Below are positions 55,956 through 61,461 of a stretch of 61,461 bases of DNA, piece by piece. The stretch's first letter is position 1. Each line of letters starts with the position of its first letter. The notes beneath the pieces were generated by a model, which did not search any database, was not told the DNA's origin, and saw only the letters and a list, made by a program, of their open reading frames with translations. Source of the DNA: a virus. Lineage: Duplodnaviria; Caudoviricetes. The stretch is from the IMG/VR virus record IMGVR_UViG_3300025759_000099, positions 1 through 61,461 of that record, one strand, 5' to 3'. Both the position numbers and the translations under genes were made by a program.

Positions 55956-56428
55956 ATAAACAAAACATAATCTGCGACCTTGACGGTACGCTGGCTGACC
56001 TGACTCACAGGTTACACCACATTAAAGGTGACAAGAAAGACTGGGACGCGTTCCATGCGGAATGTGTAAATGACAAGCCCCACGATGATGTCATCGAGAT
56101 TGTGGATACCTTTCGGCTGGGGAGCTGCGGGTGTGCTTACCCAAGCAAAGACCTGTACATACTGTCTGGGCGTAACGAGGCGGTGCGTGATGAAACCGTA
56201 CGGTGGCTGGAAGAACACGTTTCTGGTGTGGAGGATTGGGATATACAACTGCGTATGCGCAAAGCAAACGACCGCAGACCTGACACCGAAGTAAAGCGGG
56301 ATATGGTACGCGAACTTGGATTGACTCCTGATAACACGTTATGCGTGTTTGATGACCGCCAGTGTGTAGTGGACATGTGGCGTGAGATGGGGTTCCGCTG
56401 TCTGCAAGTACAGGCATGGAGTGAGTGA
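55952..56428 (+). CDS. HAD-family phosphatase (T4 PseT 3'-phosphatase-like)
   Basis: CDLDGTL, LSGR, MRKANDRRPD..VK, FDDR...VDMWR. Confidence 0.85.
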   Translation: MNKQNIICDLDGTLADLTHRLHHIKGDKKDWDAFHAECVNDKPHDDVIEIVDTFRLGSCGCAYPSKDLYILSGRNEAVRDETVRWLEEHVSGVEDWDIQLRMRKANDRRPDTEVKRDMVRELGLTPDNTLCVFDDRQCVVDMWREMGFRCLQVQAWSE

Positions 56429-56562
56429 TGGAATATAGCCGCGAAGAATTGGAAGCTATGCTTGAAATGGTACGGCAGAAGATCGCTGACCAAGGATACA
56501 TAGTGGACGATAGACTGCTCGAAAAAGAGCGCAACATTAAACAACTGATAGATAAACTTTAA
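56428..56562 (+). CDS. Small hypothetical protein (44 aa, not in ORF track)
   Basis: GGAG RBS, TGATG overlap; MEYSREELEAML... Confidence 0.6.
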   Translation: MEYSREELEAMLEMVRQKIADQGYIVDDRLLEKERNIKQLIDKL

Positions 56563-56578
56563 ACAACGGAGAAAAACC

Positions 56579-57526
56579 ATGAACAACGCAATGCAAACAA
56601 ATGTTACGGAAACACATAACAAACCAACACCAACTGCGCCTACTGCGCCTGACATAAAACCACTGGGAGACTACGGTGTGATGCTGGAGGTACACGTATC
56701 ACTACCGGAGTTTAAGAAACAAGACAAGCGGGCAAGTAAGCAGGTGGCGCAGGATAACAACGCCAACGCCAAACAGGTGGGTGTAATCAAGACACTGCTG
56801 GACATGCCGGAACTCAAAACACTGAAAGGACTTAAAAGCGAGATATACGCGGTGCGCGGTGACTTTGGTACGCCGATGGGGGTGAATCAATACTTTATAC
56901 CCAACACTCGCATCATCGACTGTAAGAACGTGTTAGAGCAACTACTTAACGAATTTAACGGGACAGGCAAGCAATCCTTTATCAACGCGTATCCCGCTGG
57001 GGTGACCAGAGCGCAACTCAATGCTGAAGGGCTTGGCTACATGTTCGACGAATCACTGTACCCATCGGTAGATAGTCTGTACTCAAAAATCAATGCGAGT
57101 GCGTCGTGGAATCAACTACCGTCAACTGGGGTTATGTCTGAGATACACAAACAGGCGCAGGAGACCTTGAGAGAGGAGTTTGCACATAACGCGAACAAAG
57201 CCCAAGAGACCCTGATGAACGGGGTATGGGAGCGACTACGTACCCCCCTACTCAATATGTCTAAGCGGCTGGACTACGGGGACGATGGGAAACCAAAAGA
57301 CGGTGGCTTTAAAGGTACGCTGGTGAACAACGTGCTAGAGATTGTCGACCTGATGAAGCACTGCAATGTCGGAAACGACCCGCGTATGGAACAGGTACGC
57401 ATTGACCTGCGTAATGCACTGACTGGGGTAACCTACGACAGTCTCAAGAACAGCGACGGGATGCGACGCAAAACGAAAGCCGAGGTGGATAAGATCATAG
57501 ACAACTTGCCGTCACTGGGATGGTAA
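56579..57526 (+). CDS. DUF3150-like helical protein
   Basis: KKQDKRAS..VA...KTLL...F...YP...G.MFD...YP; typical neighbour of AAA/VWA genes. Confidence 0.55.
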   Translation: MNNAMQTNVTETHNKPTPTAPTAPDIKPLGDYGVMLEVHVSLPEFKKQDKRASKQVAQDNNANAKQVGVIKTLLDMPELKTLKGLKSEIYAVRGDFGTPMGVNQYFIPNTRIIDCKNVLEQLLNEFNGTGKQSFINAYPAGVTRAQLNAEGLGYMFDESLYPSVDSLYSKINASASWNQLPSTGVMSEIHKQAQETLREEFAHNANKAQETLMNGVWERLRTPLLNMSKRLDYGDDGKPKDGGFKGTLVNNVLEIVDLMKHCNVGNDPRMEQVRIDLRNALTGVTYDSLKNSDGMRRKTKAEVDKIIDNLPSLGW

Positions 57527-57535
57527 CAGAGCAAA

Positions 57536-57557
57536 TACCAAAAGCCGGCTTTTGGTA
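57536..57557. repeat. Perfect 22-bp palindrome TACCAAAAGCCGGCTTTTGGTA
   Basis: Self-reverse-complementary, intergenic. Confidence 0.9.
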
Positions 57558-57590
57558 ACGATTTCATGGAGCACAGGGACGTGCGTTACA

Positions 57591-57620
57591 TTGACTTAAA
57601 CAAACAAACTGCACTATAAT
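57591..57620 (+). promoter_or_regulatory. sigma70 promoter TTGACT-18-TATAAT upstream of the AAA/VWA genes
   Basis: Near-consensus hexamers. Confidence 0.65.
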
Positions 57621-57672
57621 ATGTATAACTTAATGAAACATCATATAACTAAATGTCTTAGGAGGACACGTT

Positions 57673-58758
57673 ATGACAACTGCAACATCAATGTATGCAC
57701 TTAACCACAATCAGATAGCACAACTAATCGCAACCGTAGGTAGGGACAACTGCGTGCTGGTGCAAGGTGAGACGGGTACAGGTAAAACGAGTATCCAGAA
57801 AATACTAGAGGTTAAATTCCCCAACCATATCTTGGTTTACTTTGATGGTACGACCAAGGATATGGGTGACCTGATGGTGCCGATGTTCCATACGATTGGT
57901 GACGATGGCGTGGTGCGCTACGCGACCAACGAGGAACTGGGACTGCACTTAGATAAACCCGTTATAGTAATGATAGACGAGTTTGGTAAATGTCTGCCAA
58001 CTGTTAAGAACGCATTGACCAGACTTATACTGGAACGTCAGATGGGTGCAAAAAAACTGCATGAGGAATCCTTGCTTTGGGCTACTACTAACTTACAAGC
58101 CGAGGGACTGGGTGACATGCTACCGGCACACGTACGTAATCGCATAACAACTGTGGAGATGCGTAAACCTGATGCTACCGAGTGGATAGAATGGGGTATC
58201 AATAACGACATTGACCCGATGATTTTAGCGTGGACTAAGGATACTCCCCAACTGTTCCACAGTTTCAAGGATTGTAAGCCGGAAGAAAATCCATACATTA
58301 ACCATCCACAGGCACAGCGTGCGTCGTTTGTATCCCCTCGTTCACTTGAGAAGGCGAGTAATATTCTCAAACAACGTGACCAGATAGACACGACTACACT
58401 GACCGCATCATTAATAGGTACGATAGGTGAACGTGGTGCACTAGACCTGATGGCATACGTAGCACTGGGTGACCAACTACCATCACTTGACTCTATCAAG
58501 AACGACCCGATGGGTGCCAAGGTTCCAACTGCCGCTGGTGCGGTGTGTATGGTGGTATATCGTTCACTTGCGACTATCGAGCGTAGCTGGATTAAACAGT
58601 GGATGACTTACCTAAACAGGTTGAACAAGGAAGCACAGGGCTTGTTTGTCAACGGTGCGCGTGCCAAGGGCTATAGCAAGCAGGATGTAGTAACACAGTC
58701 TAAGGAGTTTCAGGACTGGTGCTTGGCTAATAACTTTTTGTTTAGCGCAGATAAATAA
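57673..58758 (+). CDS. MoxR-like AAA+ ATPase
   Basis: GETGTGKT, VMIDEFGK, ATTN, RNR, SPRS. Confidence 0.85.
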   Translation: MTTATSMYALNHNQIAQLIATVGRDNCVLVQGETGTGKTSIQKILEVKFPNHILVYFDGTTKDMGDLMVPMFHTIGDDGVVRYATNEELGLHLDKPVIVMIDEFGKCLPTVKNALTRLILERQMGAKKLHEESLLWATTNLQAEGLGDMLPAHVRNRITTVEMRKPDATEWIEWGINNDIDPMILAWTKDTPQLFHSFKDCKPEENPYINHPQAQRASFVSPRSLEKASNILKQRDQIDTTTLTASLIGTIGERGALDLMAYVALGDQLPSLDSIKNDPMGAKVPTAAGAVCMVVYRSLATIERSWIKQWMTYLNRLNKEAQGLFVNGARAKGYSKQDVVTQSKEFQDWCLANNFLFSADK

Positions 58759-58779
58759 CAACTAACAGGAGTAGGAAAC

Positions 58780-59988
58780 ATGTTAGCAATAAATTTAGAC
58801 CTAACAGCCGAACAACGGCTACATAAATCTGTTGTGAGTATTATGTCCAACCCCCGCTACGTAGCGATGGCGGGACTGCTTATGATGGGTAAACGAACTA
58901 TCGACGAGACAACACCAACCGCGTGTACCAATGGACGCGATGAGGTGTACGGACGGGCGTTTGTAGATTCACTTACTGATGCCGAACTACGATTTGTGGT
59001 ACTGCATGAGTGTAAACATAAGATGTATCGCCATTTGATAACATGGAAACACTTGCATGACAAAGACCACAGGTGTGCAAATATGGCGTGTGACTACGTG
59101 ATTAACCTAGAGATTGAGGCTGAGAATCCAGATGGGTTTGCCACTATGCCACTAGATGAGAACGGTAAACGTATTGGGCTATTAGACCATAGGTTCCGAA
59201 ACATGAACTCGCAAGAGGTATTCAACATCATCTATGAGGAGCAGGAACAAGGAGGTGGTGCAGGTGAGGGTGAGGGTGAGGGTGAGACCCTAGACTCGCA
59301 TGACTGGGATGGAGCGCAGGAGATGTCTGACGGTGAGAAACGTCAACTGGAACAAGAGATAGACCAAGCAATACGCCAAGGTGCGTTGACCGCTGGCAAG
59401 ATGGGCGCGGATACACCACGGGGGTTTGAGCAACTACTACAACCACAGATAGATTGGCGTGAGGTGATGCGTGAGTTTGTTAGCACAACGTGTACAGGTA
59501 AGGACTATAGCACTTACAACCGACCCAACCGACGATTCATGTCTGCGGGAATGTACATGCCGAGTGCAGTGAGTGAACAGGTAGGTGAACTTGTAGTAGC
59601 TATCGATACAAGCGGTAGCATAGGCGATACCGAACTGGCTGTGTTCCTTAGCGAACTGAAATCTATCTGCGATACGGTGAACCCAAGCGGTGTACGACTA
59701 CTGTACTGGGGACATGAGGTAGTAGGTGATGAGAAGTATGGGGATATGGATACCCCGATAGACCAACTCGTTACGTCAACTAAACCCCAAGGTGGAGGTG
59801 GTACGGATGTGAACTGTGTATGCAACTACATACGCGAGGAGAACATCAATGCCGAAGCTGTTGTGGTGTTGACTGATGGGTATCTTGCAGGTGACTGGGG
59901 TACATGGACGCAACCCCTGTTGTGGTGCATATTGAATAATGCGAGCGCCAACCCTAGTGTTGGTAAATACGTTAACGTAACTTTATAG
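58780..59988 (+). CDS. Metallopeptidase-like (DUF2201) plus VWA domain protein
   Basis: TACTNG, LHECKH, NMACDYVIN, acidic linker, MIDAS DTSGS...GGGT...LTDG. Confidence 0.85.
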   Translation: MLAINLDLTAEQRLHKSVVSIMSNPRYVAMAGLLMMGKRTIDETTPTACTNGRDEVYGRAFVDSLTDAELRFVVLHECKHKMYRHLITWKHLHDKDHRCANMACDYVINLEIEAENPDGFATMPLDENGKRIGLLDHRFRNMNSQEVFNIIYEEQEQGGGAGEGEGEGETLDSHDWDGAQEMSDGEKRQLEQEIDQAIRQGALTAGKMGADTPRGFEQLLQPQIDWREVMREFVSTTCTGKDYSTYNRPNRRFMSAGMYMPSAVSEQVGELVVAIDTSGSIGDTELAVFLSELKSICDTVNPSGVRLLYWGHEVVGDEKYGDMDTPIDQLVTSTKPQGGGGTDVNCVCNYIREENINAEAVVVLTDGYLAGDWGTWTQPLLWCILNNASANPSVGKYVNVTL

Positions 59989-59995
59989 GAGAATA

Positions 59996-60970
59996 ATGAT
60001 GAGCATAAATAGCTATTTAATAAAAGAAGTAAGAGAGGTAGACCATACATACTCAACTGACTTTACGGCAGTGATAACTGGTATCAAAAAACGCCTGAAA
60101 CATCGAGTTTCGTTTGATGTATTAAAGGTAAATCACGATAACTGTGTGACCAAGGTAGGTGTACGTGTACCTAACTCTCTGTACTATACTTGTTTCATAG
60201 GAGAGCTAGGTACAGACATGAACTTTGAAACGGTATTCGGGATTAAGTCGTTCCGAATTCATAAGGATAGGTACAACTACGACTGGGGTGTTGAGTGGTC
60301 AAAGGCATCTATCACCAGAAAAATACCGCGTGCGGTATCAATAGCAAGTAACTTAGAACCCTTATACGACAACGGGGTAGTACACCAAGCTGTGGTCGAT
60401 ATGCGGAACACCGCAGAGGAAGCGTTGACTAAATCTGAAAACGAATACTCAAGATTAGATGTTACGCTTGTTGAGGCACTAACATCATACAAATTGAGGA
60501 CTGAAACGACGGCGCTTGTAAAGCAATTTATCGAATCATCCAAAGCGGGGCAAGTAGCAAGCGTAGACTCTAACAACCCTGTGCTACAGATGTATGATGA
60601 ATACTGCACGAAGAAGGAAGAACTACAAGAAGAACTAACGCACCTAGGTGAACGTGTTATTGTACATGTAATAAAACTTTTCAATCGTGAAGATATATTC
60701 ATGCGACTGGAGGGGAGGCAAGCACTACACATGCAAATGCAGGGGATGCAAGCACGACTACCTTCTGTGTCTACCCTACCCCAAAGCGTGCAGACTTTAG
60801 TACACACCGTAAACCTTATGGCTATAGGGAACGGATACAGCACTACGAAAACGTGTAGTGTAGGAGTGATGGACAATGCGGAACATAGAATAGTGGAAGA
60901 CCACTACGTAGTATTCTTACCGGTGGAAGAAGCAGAGGGCTTGAGGGAGATACTACATGTCCCTGAATAG
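59996..60970 (+). CDS. Hypothetical protein
   Basis: 324-aa ORF, AGGAG RBS. Confidence 0.75.
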   Translation: MMSINSYLIKEVREVDHTYSTDFTAVITGIKKRLKHRVSFDVLKVNHDNCVTKVGVRVPNSLYYTCFIGELGTDMNFETVFGIKSFRIHKDRYNYDWGVEWSKASITRKIPRAVSIASNLEPLYDNGVVHQAVVDMRNTAEEALTKSENEYSRLDVTLVEALTSYKLRTETTALVKQFIESSKAGQVASVDSNNPVLQMYDEYCTKKEELQEELTHLGERVIVHVIKLFNREDIFMRLEGRQALHMQMQGMQARLPSVSTLPQSVQTLVHTVNLMAIGNGYSTTKTCSVGVMDNAEHRIVEDHYVVFLPVEEAEGLREILHVPE

Positions 60971-61214
60971 AGTGTACCGTGTGGAGTTTACAGGTAGACA
61001 AGCTAAGGTAGATAAGTTTGATACATTAGATACTACGCCGGAACTGGATGGTGAATACCACATCGACGACCTACCTGACTGGATGCAGAAACGCATAGCG
61101 GTATTATCGTTTATGTCATACGAGCCGCCTACTGAGTACATAGAGAATGTAGGTAGGCGGATAGAGAAAAATGTTTATTGGGTTCTTTACCCAGAGGAGA
61201 ATGATGGAAATTAA
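60957..61214 (+). CDS. Conserved hypothetical protein
   Basis: DDLPDWMQKRIAVL...VGRRI...YWV. Confidence 0.75.
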   Translation: MSLNRVYRVEFTGRQAKVDKFDTLDTTPELDGEYHIDDLPDWMQKRIAVLSFMSYEPPTEYIENVGRRIEKNVYWVLYPEENDGN

Positions 61215-61461
61215 CGGGTACGAGTATCAGATAATACCTAAGGCTGACTTGCGGAAGGCTGACTTGCGGAGGGCTGACTTGCAGGAGGCTGACTTGCGGA
61301 GGGCTGACTTGCAGGAGGCTGACTTGCGGAAGGCTGACTTGCGGAAGGCTGACTTGTGGGGGGCTTACTTGCGGAAGGCTAACTTGTATGGGGCTGACTT
61401 GCAGGAGGCTAACTTGCAGGGGGCTAACTTGCGGGGGGCTGACTTGCGGGGGGCTGACTTG
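61201..61461 (+). CDS. Pentapeptide-repeat protein, N-terminal part (runs off the contig end)
   Basis: AGGAG RBS; MMEINGYEYQIIPK then A[DNY]Lxx repeats, open to the end. Confidence 0.85.
   Translation, partial: MMEINGYEYQIIPKADLRKADLRRADLQEADLRRADLQEADLRKADLRKADLWGAYLRKANLYGADLQEANLQGANLRGADLRGADL
61243..61461 (+). repeat. 15-bp tandem repeat, ~14.6 units
   Basis: GCT-NAC-TTG-NNN-NNG. Confidence 0.95.

Noticed and set aside
61243-61461. Diversity-generating retroelement target
   Set aside because: Some variation falls at A positions, but C/T changes also occur, and no reverse transcriptase or separate template repeat is visible.

Overview
This looks like a near-complete, circularly permuted genome of a tailed dsDNA phage, probably short-tailed with a P22/Bcep22-like ejection-protein layout. 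I see no host genes, integrase or tRNA. The contig opens and closes inside one 15-bp-repeat pentapeptide gene. The plus-strand arm (52282-61461 continuing into 1-12873) holds the early and replication genes: many small ORFs, a HAD phosphatase, a DUF3150-like/MoxR-AAA/metallopeptidase-VWA trio, VRR-NUC, DNA polymerase A (Leu762 type), four adjacent nucleases, an SNF2 helicase, an SSB-like protein and a primase-DUF927 helicase. The minus-strand arm (51849 to 13011) holds the late genes: terminase, portal, GroES, scaffold, Mu-gpT-like major capsid protein, small basic proteins, adaptors, duplicated tail-fibre/receptor-binding modules, holin and lysozyme, nozzle and large ejection proteins. The most unusual signals are mostly non-coding. 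(1) A multi-hairpin RNA at 606-835 and a terminator-capped small RNA at about 12950-13012 display sequences complementary to the ribosome-binding sites and starts of specific early genes (AAA ATPase, VWA-peptidase, and genes starting ATG-ATG). (2) A control region at 51.9-54.7 kb carries G-tracts, 13 GTTATAAC palindromes, a three-unit repeat/spacer mini-array and an iteron/inverted-repeat origin candidate. (3) A pseudoknot lies downstream of the capsid gene. (4) A shared [FYM]xxGGx[VIM] peptide tag occurs in seven putative internal virion proteins. All family calls are from motif recognition by eye, not database searches.
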